DNA from: Bacteroidales bacterium
GTDB taxonomy: Bacteria > Bacteroidota > Bacteroidia > Bacteroidales > JAIPAP01
Direction: 5' to 3'
NCBI GenBank assembly: GCA_021740045.1
Contig: JAIPAP010000004.1
Location: 251 to 64,250 of the forward strand
DNA length: 64,000 bases
The translations under genes and the position numbers were made by a program. Shown here piece by piece: positions 29,101 through 37,346 of the stretch (its first letter is position 1; the number at the start of each line of letters is the position of its first letter). The notes under the pieces are model-generated. The model ran no database searches. It was not told where the DNA came from and was given only the letters and a program-made list of their open reading frames with translations.

Positions 29101-29605
29101 TTTGCGCACGGGTACTTATAATCAACCCGCTGTTGCTTCCGCTGTGAGACACAACTATTTCACCGTTTTCATCCCATTTGTCATAGGAGGGCCAACCATT
29201 GCGTACGCTTTCGATACGCTCAGTTGGAAAAGGATCCCAATTATTTCCATCATAATTATTATATCCCGTGCCTCTATCAGGAAAGGATGGATTATTCATT
29301 CCGTATGTCCAGGTTCCTCCTCGATATCCATCAGGGTAAACTACATAGCGGTTTTGCGTACAACTGTTCGTTTGCAAATCATAATAGGTCTCACCTATAT
29401 CTTGTTCTTCAATGCTCCTCAGGGGTATAGAGCTGGAAGTAACATTATTGCCCCGATTAACTGCTGGTGCAGATTCAGTTGTCTTCTCATGAAGCATTGA
29501 TATCTTCCGGTATTCTTCCGGTAGGTTAATTTTTGAGGATTGCCCGAAGACCAAGTGGGCACAAAAAAACGCGAGCACGATAATAAGGTTGACTCTTTTT
29601 TCCAT
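26186..29605 (-). CDS. Secreted BNR/Asp-box propeller (paralog 2), FN3-like, X-Y-Y-X cassette, T9SS CTD
   Basis: 1139 aa with signal peptide MEKRVNLIIVLAFFCAHLVFGQ and Asp-boxes SIDGGQTW and SNDGGLTW. The N-terminal ~545 aa are colinear with the 709-aa and 696-aa proteins, and the last 507 aa are colinear with the 1609-aa protein. The CTD is SVYPIPAKNYLNI...GIYILEIELVDKLLTKKIVIK. Confidence 0.9.
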   Translation of the reverse strand: MEKRVNLIIVLAFFCAHLVFGQSSKINLPEEYRKISMLHEKTTESAPAVNRGNNVTSSSIPLRSIEEQDIGETYYDLQTNSCTQNRYVVYPDGYRGGTWTYGMNNPSFPDRGTGYNNYDGNNWDPFPTERIESVRNGWPSYDKWDENGEIVVSHSGSNSGLIISTRAQKGTGTWNETFLPGPEDHEDLLWPRMITAGENNQAIHILALTPPVENMGSPYQGLNGALLYYRSIDGGQTWEDEHRLLEGISADYYTGFSGDTYTWIDSEGDNIAFLLGNEWTDFILMKSNDGGLTWEKTVIWNHPYPMFDLNNPIQTDTFYCNDGAFHGAFDSNGEVHVTFGITRTYSDGTSYGTYWFPFIDGLAYWNENDEQFNSEGDNLNALSPFDDPGSQLEIGDNLIGWVPDINGNGTWVEDLVCIYGDCIGAYYIGASSMPQLVIDNFNVIHVFFSAVCEVRDNNSQNYRQLFYTSSENNGNTWPTDDIEWITENPVHTFDECVFPSVSPYVEGNKIHLIYQRDSEPGLAVKGDLDPYTLNTITALEKSLPFYLTPPQNLQAEVTGDEVSLTWESPIEENLLGYNVYRDNEKLNEEPVSEEYYIDDNLEVGTYLYGVTAVYNVGESGQETIEVTIQFPIHFDFEGGNPLDPVWTLYLSTATLDELSLQPNDEIAIFDGDTLVGAYVLDEVLTPEDQFEHFLTAFSTLTYGNGYDPGNPITLKCWDASEQEESGSFEVSFSDPYGDAWTEPYFPENDGEFSIVDLEFNTSVIQTYSLNEGFQFVSSYIEPFEPNMLDVNSEILEDLDFIRNTEGSMLRKIGPNWINNIGDWVTTEGYLYRMNNPSNALAIEGLAIDPVTPIELAQGFQIISYMADYPVDALVAVESILDNLDFMRNTEGSMLRKIGPNWINNIGNLMPGEGYLMRMNADDELIYNLSPVKSHKVKAYPNNIDFQGGNPADPVYSIYLEPENGIELGDEIAAFDGDKLVGAVKITSGNWQDNELATFSTLTTGKGYNSGNQLSLKVMTENGFSDLNYELSGAWESRSVNTYPKGDGAYSIAKIHKMNVGMEDIFGISVYPIPAKNYLNIASQEDIIQLRLMNSFGQDIIQKSIFDHQIKLDISNLNSGIYILEIELVDKLLTKKIVIK
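26438..26605. repeat. 168-nt tract nearly identical to 21549-21716 (copy B)
   Basis: See copy A. It encodes the identical peptide TLTTGKGYNSGNQLSLKVMTENGFSDLNYELSGAWESRSVNTYPKGDG(A/V)YSIAKIHK. Confidence 0.85.
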
Positions 29606-29755
29606 AACAGTTGAATTTTAGTTTATTAAATATTGATATATTAACTGGTTCTCAATTTTTTAAATCAATTATCACTGATGATCAAGAAAATCTCTATTTA
29701 TTGCAAATACAGACACCGGAAAGCTAAATATGCTCCGGCACCACATTTATATTGA

Positions 29756-31846
29756 TCATTCTATTATTATCTTTTTAATTATTACTTCATCCGAAATTCC
29801 AATCTCCAAGATATATACTCCCGGATTCATTTCTGATATATTTAATCTTGACTGAAAATCATAAACTGAAGACCCATATAAAGTCTTTCCAATACTGTTC
29901 ATCAGGCGAATTTCATTCATCTTTGCTGAAGATTGAATGGTAATATAACTCTCAGCCGGATTGGGATATACCTTCACCCCTTCCCCGTCAACCTCATCCA
30001 ATCCTTCAGTACCAACTTCAACCAGTGCATTGCTGGCATAGGTTTCAGAATCGATAACTACGGCGGTTACGCCATACAGATAAGTTCCTTCGGGTGCATC
30101 AAGGTCCTGGAAATTGGTTGCGGTAAGCACTTCATCATTAAGCTTTTCCCCATCGCGATAAACATTATAGCCACTTACACTGGGGTTAACATGTTCATTC
30201 CATTCCAGGTAAACATCATTCTCATCTACGCTGCTTGTAAATCCTTCCGGTGGAAAAACGTAAGGAATATCCATTTCAAAAGGCAGCGTATTGAATTCAT
30301 TCGTGCTAAAGGGGTCTTCATCGCCCATTAAGGCCAGGCCGGGTTCATTGTCATCCTGGAAAGATATGATCGCCGGGTAATCTGCGGCAATGGCTGGAAA
30401 AACACATTCGCTAAAGGTAAAAGATGGGCTTTCGGTAAACCATTCCAATTCACTCCATCCATTACCATATTTGGAAAATCTTATAAACAACTGACGGTAA
30501 TTCTGCTCACTAGTCTGCTGCACTTCACATACTGCCGAATAGATCAAAACCATTATATCGCCCAATTGCCTCAACAATGGCATGCTGGCTGCTCCCTGGT
30601 AATAAGTTCCAATGCACTGCGGTTCATCACATACCAGGTCGGAAACCCATTCACCGTTTCCGTTAATATCAGGCACCCAACCCACCAGGTTATAATTGGT
30701 GTAGAGTTCTGAGTCTTGATGACCATAGGGATTCAATGCATTAAGCTTATTAGAGAATACCGGCCGGTCTTCATTCCAATAACCAATACCATCATTAAAT
30801 GGGTATTGAAATATCTCGCCGTTTCCGTTTGATTTCACTTTGGAAATGCCGAAAGTTAAATGCACTTTTCCTTCTTCAAGCAGGGTGCCGCTAAATGTTC
30901 CATCGGGGCAATAGAAGGCCTGAGTTTCCTCGCCATCCCACCCGGGATAGGGGTGTTCCCAGATAATGGTTTTTTCCCAGCTATTGCCCTGATCGTTTGA
31001 TCGCATCAATACCAGGTCGTGCCACTCATCACTAACAATAAAGGCAATAGATTCCCCATCGCTCTCTACCCAGGAATACGTATCGGGGCTAAAACCGGGG
31101 TAATACTCCGAACCCAATTGATCAAAAGCCAGGTTTTCGATCTCCCAGCTTTCGCCACCATCATTGGAGCGGGAATACAATATGGCACCATCCTGTCCAC
31201 TATAGGGACTTCCACCGAAGCTTTCGGGAGGGGTAAGTGCCAACACATGAATAATTTCGTTGTTTTCTCCTGAAGTGATCATATGCGCCCATTTAATGTC
31301 CTCATGACCTTGCGGGCCTTGCAGGAATGATTCTGCCCACACACCGCTTCCATTTTGTTCCCGGCGGTTGAAAATAATGCCCGAAACAGTTTCATCTTCC
31401 GAATGAGCACTCACAATTTCTCCTTCTGTTCCCCATGAGGCTATAGAAGGTTCGGCTACGCGGTAACCACCAAATAATGGTTCCTCGGGTGGGGTCCAGT
31501 TTCCGTTCAAGGTTTTGTGACTGTAGCCGATTCCAAGATCCGTAAAGCCAGGAGCATCGGAACCGGTGGTCCAAACGGCAGCCATGCTGGACTCAACATA
31601 TACAGCCATACGTTGTCGGGATGTGGAGCGGGATTGCAAATCCCACAAGGATTCCCCGAGTGATTCGAAAAATGTGCTGTTTTGAAGACCGGACGTGCTT
31701 CCTTTCAGATTCAAAGACGCTCCTTGCACTTGTTCAATATATGCATTCCGGTATTGCTGAGGAAGGTCTACCCTGTTTTGTGAATAACCGGTTGTGCTCA
31801 AAAGCAATATCAGGCATAAAACGGCAATTTGTAATGGTGCGTTCAT
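29756..31846 (-). CDS. Secreted BNR/Asp-box propeller (paralog 3), FN3-like, T9SS CTD
   Basis: 696 aa with signal peptide MNAPLQIAVLCLILLLSTTGYSQ and Asp-boxes SNDGGESW and SNDQGNSW. FN3-like GYNVYRDGEKLN...YLYGVTAVV is present, and the CTD is KVYPNPAESYITI...GVYILEIGISDEVIIKKIIIE. Confidence 0.85.
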   Translation of the reverse strand: MNAPLQIAVLCLILLLSTTGYSQNRVDLPQQYRNAYIEQVQGASLNLKGSTSGLQNSTFFESLGESLWDLQSRSTSRQRMAVYVESSMAAVWTTGSDAPGFTDLGIGYSHKTLNGNWTPPEEPLFGGYRVAEPSIASWGTEGEIVSAHSEDETVSGIIFNRREQNGSGVWAESFLQGPQGHEDIKWAHMITSGENNEIIHVLALTPPESFGGSPYSGQDGAILYSRSNDGGESWEIENLAFDQLGSEYYPGFSPDTYSWVESDGESIAFIVSDEWHDLVLMRSNDQGNSWEKTIIWEHPYPGWDGEETQAFYCPDGTFSGTLLEEGKVHLTFGISKVKSNGNGEIFQYPFNDGIGYWNEDRPVFSNKLNALNPYGHQDSELYTNYNLVGWVPDINGNGEWVSDLVCDEPQCIGTYYQGAASMPLLRQLGDIMVLIYSAVCEVQQTSEQNYRQLFIRFSKYGNGWSELEWFTESPSFTFSECVFPAIAADYPAIISFQDDNEPGLALMGDEDPFSTNEFNTLPFEMDIPYVFPPEGFTSSVDENDVYLEWNEHVNPSVSGYNVYRDGEKLNDEVLTATNFQDLDAPEGTYLYGVTAVVIDSETYASNALVEVGTEGLDEVDGEGVKVYPNPAESYITIQSSAKMNEIRLMNSIGKTLYGSSVYDFQSRLNISEMNPGVYILEIGISDEVIIKKIIIE

Positions 31847-32183
31847 GTTTATGGATTTTAGGATTATTCATAAAGTATGATTGACTATAGTCTATTTGTG
31901 AATAAGTTATTGCCGGCATAAAGCAATTAATTCTAAATCAAATTAATAAACTGTTTCTATGAAGCTATATGGTTTATATGTTGTAAAGCTACTACATTTT
32001 TCTCAATTATCCTATTCATTTACTTGAATGTTAGGTTAATTATTCATGCCCTTTTAAGAGATACGTTGCATAAAGCATCTAATGTTACTTTTAATAATTC
32101 TTGGTGAAGAAAAATTTCTTCAATTTATAATGTTTCTTAATAGTTGGCGTGGCAGTGAATAAGGACTTGCCATTGAAAGCCAT

Positions 32184-32213
32184 TTTGATCTCCGGCAAAA
32201 ACCGCTATTTTTG
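32184..32213 (+). promoter_or_regulatory. Candidate Bacteroidota sigma-A promoter for the DUF5020-like gene
   Basis: TTTG at 32184-32187, an 18-nt spacer, then TATTTTTG (TAnnTTTG) at 32206-32213, about 70 nt upstream of the ATG at 32285. Confidence 0.35.
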
Positions 32214-32284
32214 CGATCCTTTAACGGGGTGATGTATTTTGAATCTGTACAACAATTTGTTAAGGAATTTTTAATCAGCTAAAA

Positions 32285-32974
32285 ATGAGAAAAGCACTAA
32301 TCGCATTAATATTGATAGCGACAGCTTTCGGGGTCAGAAGTCAGCATGTACAACTGCACTATGATTTTGGAGAGGGTAGAAATTACCTCACCTCCACCAT
32401 CGAAATGTTCAAGCCCGATGATTGGGGCTATACCTTCTTTTTTGTGGACATGGATTATGGAGTAACGGATAATCTGAGCGGGATGAACCTGGCTTATCTT
32501 GAATTTGCCCGTTCGATCTCACTTGGAAAAAATTCGTCCTGGGGAGCCCACCTGGAGTATAATGGGGGTCTCTTCCAAATCAGTGAAGAGGTAACCATCA
32601 ACATTGAAAACGCCTGGCTGGCCGGAATCGAGTATTCCTATAACAATAAGGATTATTCCAAGGGCATCACTTTCCAAACCTTATATAAGCACATTGCCGG
32701 AAAACATGATTTCTCGTTCCAGCTAACTGCGGTGTGGTATGCCCATTTTCTCGATAACAAACTCAGCTTTATGGGCTATGCCGACTTCTGGCGCGAGGAC
32801 TTTGACCATAATAATGACGGTGACAAAACCCGGTTTGTATTCCAAACGGAGCCACAACTGTGGTATAACTTTAATGAGCATTATTCCATAGGAACCGAAA
32901 TAGAGCTAAGCAAGAACTTCATCAGCGAAGATTTTGAGATCATGCCTACATTAGGGGTGAAGTGGCAGTTTTAA
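32285..32974 (+). CDS. DUF5020-like outer-membrane beta-barrel protein (Tsx-related)
   Basis: 229 aa with a signal peptide. HVQLHYDFGEGRNYLTSTIEMFKPDDWGYTFFFVDMDYG matches my memory of the DUF5020 N-terminal pattern. The sequence has alternating beta-strand character and a terminal F. Confidence 0.65.
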   Translation: MRKALIALILIATAFGVRSQHVQLHYDFGEGRNYLTSTIEMFKPDDWGYTFFFVDMDYGVTDNLSGMNLAYLEFARSISLGKNSSWGAHLEYNGGLFQISEEVTINIENAWLAGIEYSYNNKDYSKGITFQTLYKHIAGKHDFSFQLTAVWYAHFLDNKLSFMGYADFWREDFDHNNDGDKTRFVFQTEPQLWYNFNEHYSIGTEIELSKNFISEDFEIMPTLGVKWQF

Positions 32975-33169
32975 AAAGTTTCAAGTTTCAGGTTTCAAGT
33001 TCCAAGTTCTAAGTTCCAAGTTCCAGGTTTTAAGTTCCAGGTTTTTGAACAATCCCGCCCAAACCTTTTTGAGGCACCGGCCCTTTTTCACTTTATGGAA
33101 CTCGAATCGCGCACTCCCCCAACTTTAAACTTTAGACTTTCAACTTTCAACTTTAGACTTTCAACTTTA
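32975..33169. repeat. Pair of inverted 7-nt-periodic arrays between convergent genes
   Basis: The left array at 32975-33043 has ~10 units of type YCARGTT. The right array at 33121-33169 has 7 units of type RACTTTN, the reverse-complement sense (AAGTT vs AACTT). A 77-nt spacer separates them. Confidence 0.75.
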
Positions 33170-33208
33170 ATCTATACTAAACCAGCAACTTAGAGCACAT
33201 CAAATGTA

Positions 33209-34084
33209 TCAGAAATTATACGAAAACCCCAGTCCGAAAACTTCCTTAAACTGGGTTCGGGGGCCGGTATTGCCATCGGCATCTTCTATCATGATATCGT
33301 CATCATATATTAAGCGTAACTGGATATTGGCCGATAAATAATCATTGATCTTCATATTAACCATCGATTCCCAGTTAATATCAATATTCTGAGGCTCATT
33401 GTTGTATGCACTGAATAACTCCAGTTTGGTATTAAAGCTTACATTTTCCATTAAATTGGTTTCATAAACCGTTTTGATAAACCCCCCGTATTCATTAAAA
33501 ATAGTTTTACCGGGTTCCACACCAAAAGCTCCGGCGGCCGAAAGGGTATCATTGGCTACAATGGTGGTTTTTCCGGTTATGGGAGAAAGCAGCAGCGAAA
33601 AATTATCGGTTGGTTTATGATCCATACCCAATGAAAGGAGGATGTAAGCCGGCGACATAAAATCGGAAATCAGCTCCCGATTGCCTTCCACCGGATAATT
33701 GTAGCCTTCGGCATATTGCGTTTTAAAACTCAACAAAGCGGTATAATACCAGTACTTACCTGTTTGATAACCATATTTGGAAGATATTTCCAAACGGTCA
33801 TCAGCTTTCTTCATTTGCTCATTTTCAATTTTCACAATTCCATAACCGGTCTCCAGGGTGTTTTCCCAGCTTGTTTTAGCCTTTTTATAGTTGGCATTCC
33901 AAACCAGCAATCCATTCAACGAATAAGAACTCTCACCGCCGGCAGCCCAGTTGGTTAAAGATACCTGGTTAAAGGTAACGGTTGTGTTCCCATTGATGTC
34001 CCAATAGGTTGTATCCTGATCATTTTGAGCAAACAATGTTGATGCTGATAAGAGCAGGATTAATAAGCTTACTTGTTTTTTCAT
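33209..34084 (-). CDS. DUF3078-like outer-membrane beta-barrel protein
   Basis: I prefer the ATG at 34084 (MKKQVSLLILLLSASTLFAQ). FNQVSLTNWAAGGESSYSLNG matches the DUF3078 signature, and the protein ends in F. Confidence 0.75.
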   Translation of the reverse strand: MKKQVSLLILLLSASTLFAQNDQDTTYWDINGNTTVTFNQVSLTNWAAGGESSYSLNGLLVWNANYKKAKTSWENTLETGYGIVKIENEQMKKADDRLEISSKYGYQTGKYWYYTALLSFKTQYAEGYNYPVEGNRELISDFMSPAYILLSLGMDHKPTDNFSLLLSPITGKTTIVANDTLSAAGAFGVEPGKTIFNEYGGFIKTVYETNLMENVSFNTKLELFSAYNNEPQNIDINWESMVNMKINDYLSANIQLRLIYDDDIMIEDADGNTGPRTQFKEVFGLGFSYNF

Positions 34085-34103
34085 TTCACCTTTATGTTTG
34101 GTT

Positions 34104-34916
34104 TTACTTTTCCTGGAATAAATGTACGTCATGTTGAGGAAATGGTATAGAAATTCCTTGGGCATCGAAAGCTTTTTTTACGCGTTCCCAAATCTCAAAA
34201 TTTAAGGGCCAGTAATCGGCGGCATTCACCCAGGCTCGCATCAGAAGATTCACCGAACTATCGCCCAGCTCACTTACGGCTATCATCGGCTCAGGTTCTT
34301 TCATAAAGCGTTCTTCATTATCAAGAATATCTTGTAAGATCTGTTTGGCTTTATCCACATCATCCTGGTATGCAATGCCAAATATAAAATCCATGCGCCG
34401 GGTTTCTTCCATGGAATAGTTTACCACCGAACTTGTCGATAGTCCGCCATTAGGGATGATAATAGTGCGGTTATCGGGAGTTTTCAATACGGTATTGAAA
34501 ATCTGTATCTCATGCACGGTTCCACTGTGCCCCTGGGCCGCAATATAATCACCCACCCTGAATGGTTTGATGATCAGTATTAAAACTCCTCCTGCAAAGT
34601 TTTGCAAGGTACCTGATAAGGCTAACCCCAGGGCCAGTCCGGCAGCTCCCAAAATAGCAATGAAGCTGGTCATTTTGATGCCCACCATGGTCATCACACT
34701 GATGATCAGCAGGACTTTTAAGCCAATGTTTACCAGGCCTTTTAAAAAGGGTAATAAAGAAGGATCGATTTCTCTTTTCTTCAGGGTTCGCTCGAAACGC
34801 CGGGTTATCCATTTTATAACGGCAAGGCCCATGATCAGGAATAAAATGGCCAGCAGGAGCATGCCCCCGTATTTCACAATCCAGTCAAGCACGGTATTCA
34901 TATCCACTTGGTTCAT
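34104..34916 (-). CDS. Small-conductance mechanosensitive channel (MscS family)
   Basis: I prefer the ATG at 34916 (MNQVDMNTVLDWIVKYGG...). The track ORF extends to 35228, but that extension has no homology-like features and overlaps the divergent gene. Supporting segments are GAAGLALGLALSGTLQNFAGGVLILIIKPFRVGDYI and TVLKTPDNRTIIIPNG. Confidence 0.85.
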   Translation of the reverse strand: MNQVDMNTVLDWIVKYGGMLLLAILFLIMGLAVIKWITRRFERTLKKREIDPSLLPFLKGLVNIGLKVLLIISVMTMVGIKMTSFIAILGAAGLALGLALSGTLQNFAGGVLILIIKPFRVGDYIAAQGHSGTVHEIQIFNTVLKTPDNRTIIIPNGGLSTSSVVNYSMEETRRMDFIFGIAYQDDVDKAKQILQDILDNEERFMKEPEPMIAVSELGDSSVNLLMRAWVNAADYWPLNFEIWERVKKAFDAQGISIPFPQHDVHLFQEK

Positions 34917-35031
34917 AACACTACTTTTTTGTCTACAGCAATGAACAACAAAGAAGAATGAAAAATGGTTTTTGAAAGGGACATTTAAAAAAGGAATTAA
35001 TATATTTGATGCCTCACTAAAAATTACTCCC

Positions 35032-36222
35032 ATGAGAAATTCAAAAGAAAATGGCGTTGACCGCCGTAAATTTTTTAAGGTTGCAGCACTTGGAGGACTC
35101 GGAATCTCATTTGCACCGTCATTTATGGGCAAGAGCATTGCCCAGGAAGTAAAGGATGGTAAAGAACCGGCAAAACCCAAAACGAATGTGGAAGATGCTT
35201 TAAAACACCCCCGCACGGCTACTTCCATGCCGGGAAAATATCCGGCAAAAGTAGTGCGGGTGAATCATCAAAACGCTGTGGTCGACAACAAACCGGGGAA
35301 AAAGGCAGCAGCCGAAATGCTGGAAAAAGCGATGCTTAGCCTTACCGGGGCAGCTACTTTAAAGGAAGCCTGGCTGCAATTTGTTAAACCCGGCGAAAAA
35401 ATTGGACTAAAGGTTAATCCGGTTGCCGGAAAATCGTTGACTACCAGTCATGCTGTAACACAGAGCATTATTGCACAACTGGAAGATGCCGGTATTCCAA
35501 GGAAAGATATTGTGATTTGGGACCGGCGGGAATTTCAGCTACACGAAACCGGTTACACCAAAGAAAACTATCCGGGTATAAAAATAACGGGAACCGAGCG
35601 CAAAGATGAAGAAGGCTCCTACTATAACAAAGAAGGGGATCTATACAGTCTTGAAATGATCGATAAAGACTGGTATTACTGGGCCGATGTGGACGGTGAA
35701 TACGATGAGTATACCTTGCCCTACATGGTGAATGAAGGAAAATATTCTTACTTTTCGAAGATCTGCACCCAGGAGGTCGATAAGATCATTAATGTTCCTA
35801 TCCTGAAAAATGCCGGGGCTTCGATCACGCTGTGCATGAAAAACCTGGGATATGGAGCTATTACTAATACATCACGTTTGCATAAACAATTATGGGGCGA
35901 TACATCAGCCGAGGTTTGCGCTTTTCCTCCCCTGCGCGATAAAGTGGTACTGAATATCGTTGATGGTCTCAAAGGCTGCTTTAACGGCGGGCCTGGAGCC
36001 AACCCGCAATATATCATCAACTACAACACCTTGCTGGCCGGCACCGATCCGGTTGCCGTCGACCGTGTGGGTTATGACATCGTGATAAAAAAGCGCATTG
36101 AGAAAGGAGTTCAGGAAAAAGACTCACCGCGGGGAAGGAAATTTATGGAAATGGCAGCCAACCTCAAGCTGGGTGAACATCGCCTGGAAAAGATCGATTT
36201 GAAAGAAATCAACTTAGGTTAA
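35032..36222 (+). CDS. DUF362 domain protein with twin-arginine (TAT) signal
   Basis: I prefer the ATG at 35032 (MRNSKENGVDRRKFFKVAALGGLGISFA). GEKIGLKVNPVAG and DPVAVDRVGYDIV resemble DUF362 conserved blocks. Confidence 0.7.
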   Translation: MRNSKENGVDRRKFFKVAALGGLGISFAPSFMGKSIAQEVKDGKEPAKPKTNVEDALKHPRTATSMPGKYPAKVVRVNHQNAVVDNKPGKKAAAEMLEKAMLSLTGAATLKEAWLQFVKPGEKIGLKVNPVAGKSLTTSHAVTQSIIAQLEDAGIPRKDIVIWDRREFQLHETGYTKENYPGIKITGTERKDEEGSYYNKEGDLYSLEMIDKDWYYWADVDGEYDEYTLPYMVNEGKYSYFSKICTQEVDKIINVPILKNAGASITLCMKNLGYGAITNTSRLHKQLWGDTSAEVCAFPPLRDKVVLNIVDGLKGCFNGGPGANPQYIINYNTLLAGTDPVAVDRVGYDIVIKKRIEKGVQEKDSPRGRKFMEMAANLKLGEHRLEKIDLKEINLG

Positions 36223-36229
36223 CATTCTT

Positions 36230-37102
36230 ATGAGATACACATTCGCATTATTCACGTTGCTCTTTCTATTATTAACAGTTGCTCAGGTGATTGCCCAAAC
36301 AGATTTACCCGATTTGGACGCCAAAGAAAAGAAAGATGTTAAAATTGAGCGTAATGAGGTTTATAGCGGAAATTCACTATGGGGCTATATCAACGGAGGC
36401 GCCGATCTGTACCTGGAATATGGCTTTGACAAAATGCGGGTGATCGATTTGACTATTGAAGACGAAAACCTGAAGATCGATTTATATAAGATGGAAGATG
36501 CGGTATCAGCCTACGGCATCTTCTCTGTTAACCGTTTCCGATGCAACGAAAAGGCCAAAGGCTGGATGCATAGCTGCATTACCGGTTATCAGTTACAACT
36601 GGCCACCGGCCCGTTTTATCTTTCCATCATCAACCAAAGCGGATCGGAAAAAGCCATGAAAGCAAGCCTTGCCTTGGCAAACAAACTTATGGGTAACTGG
36701 CGGGATGATTATTTGCAATTTCCAGGGATGCCCGGCAAGCCTTTTACCAAAATGCATTATTCAAACGCCAAAATCATCCAGGGCCGGCTGGGAATGGACA
36801 ACGGCTTCCAAATGTGGGCAACCTATTTTGAAGGCCTGGAAAATTATACATTGATGGTGATACCGGTAAAAGAAGAAGAGGCCCGATTTAACCTTGGTTT
36901 TCTAACCGAGGTTAAAGGCGACGCTGTCGATATACTGATAAAAAATATAAAGGAGAAAACAGGAAGTGCAACATCGCAATGGTATTTCGCCAAAGCTGAT
37001 AAAGCGCTTATCCTGCTGGAGAGCAAATCATCAATAAAAAAGATCACCGGCTATATCAAAGCTATTGAGGCCGCCTCAGAAGCTGAGCTACAAGAATTAT
37101 AA
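36230..37102 (+). CDS. Secreted hypothetical protein, probable partner of the DUF362 gene
   Basis: 290 aa with signal peptide MRYTFALFTLLFLLLTVAQVIAQ and a 7-bp gap from the upstream gene. No family recognised with confidence. Confidence 0.6.
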   Translation: MRYTFALFTLLFLLLTVAQVIAQTDLPDLDAKEKKDVKIERNEVYSGNSLWGYINGGADLYLEYGFDKMRVIDLTIEDENLKIDLYKMEDAVSAYGIFSVNRFRCNEKAKGWMHSCITGYQLQLATGPFYLSIINQSGSEKAMKASLALANKLMGNWRDDYLQFPGMPGKPFTKMHYSNAKIIQGRLGMDNGFQMWATYFEGLENYTLMVIPVKEEEARFNLGFLTEVKGDAVDILIKNIKEKTGSATSQWYFAKADKALILLESKSSIKKITGYIKAIEAASEAELQEL

Positions 37103-37151
37103 AATAATCCCGGGTTCATTCCAAAGTGCTGACTTTGCTGGTTGTTTCGAT

Positions 37152-37305
37152 AGTCAGATGGTAGAAGGCAGAAGATAGAGAGTATGGATGTAAGGTGTGG
37201 AGTTCTGGGCAAATGGCATGGGGCATGGGACACCGAACTTTTGCTTGAGCGGATTTGTAATCCGCTCGCACCGGTGTAGGACACAGATTACAAATCTGCG
37301 CGAGC
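37152..37305. repeat. Composite intergenic repeat: purine-rich 7-nt-periodic array plus TTTTGCTTGAGCGGATTTGTAATCCGCTC hairpin and inverted partner CAGATTACAAATCTG
   Basis: Heptamers cagatgg/tagaagg/cagaaga/tagagag/tatggat/gtaaggt... run from ~37155. The hairpin unit lies at 37239-37267, and the second hairpin CAGATT-aca-AATCTG lies at 37284-37298. Confidence 0.7.
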
Positions 37306-37346
37306 TAAGGAGCTTGGGATTTGGATTTAAGACTTTGAAATTTGCC

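Noticed and set aside
32975-33169. Possible CRISPR array or minisatellite
   Set aside because: The units are only 7 nt with no spacers and no cas genes in the window, so it is not a CRISPR. It is kept as an unexplained repeat instead.
34917-35228. 104-aa N-terminal extension of the MscS ORF (track start at 35228)
   Set aside because: The extension has no MscS-like or membrane features and overlaps the start of the divergent DUF362 gene. The ATG at 34916 gives a normal MscS N-terminus.
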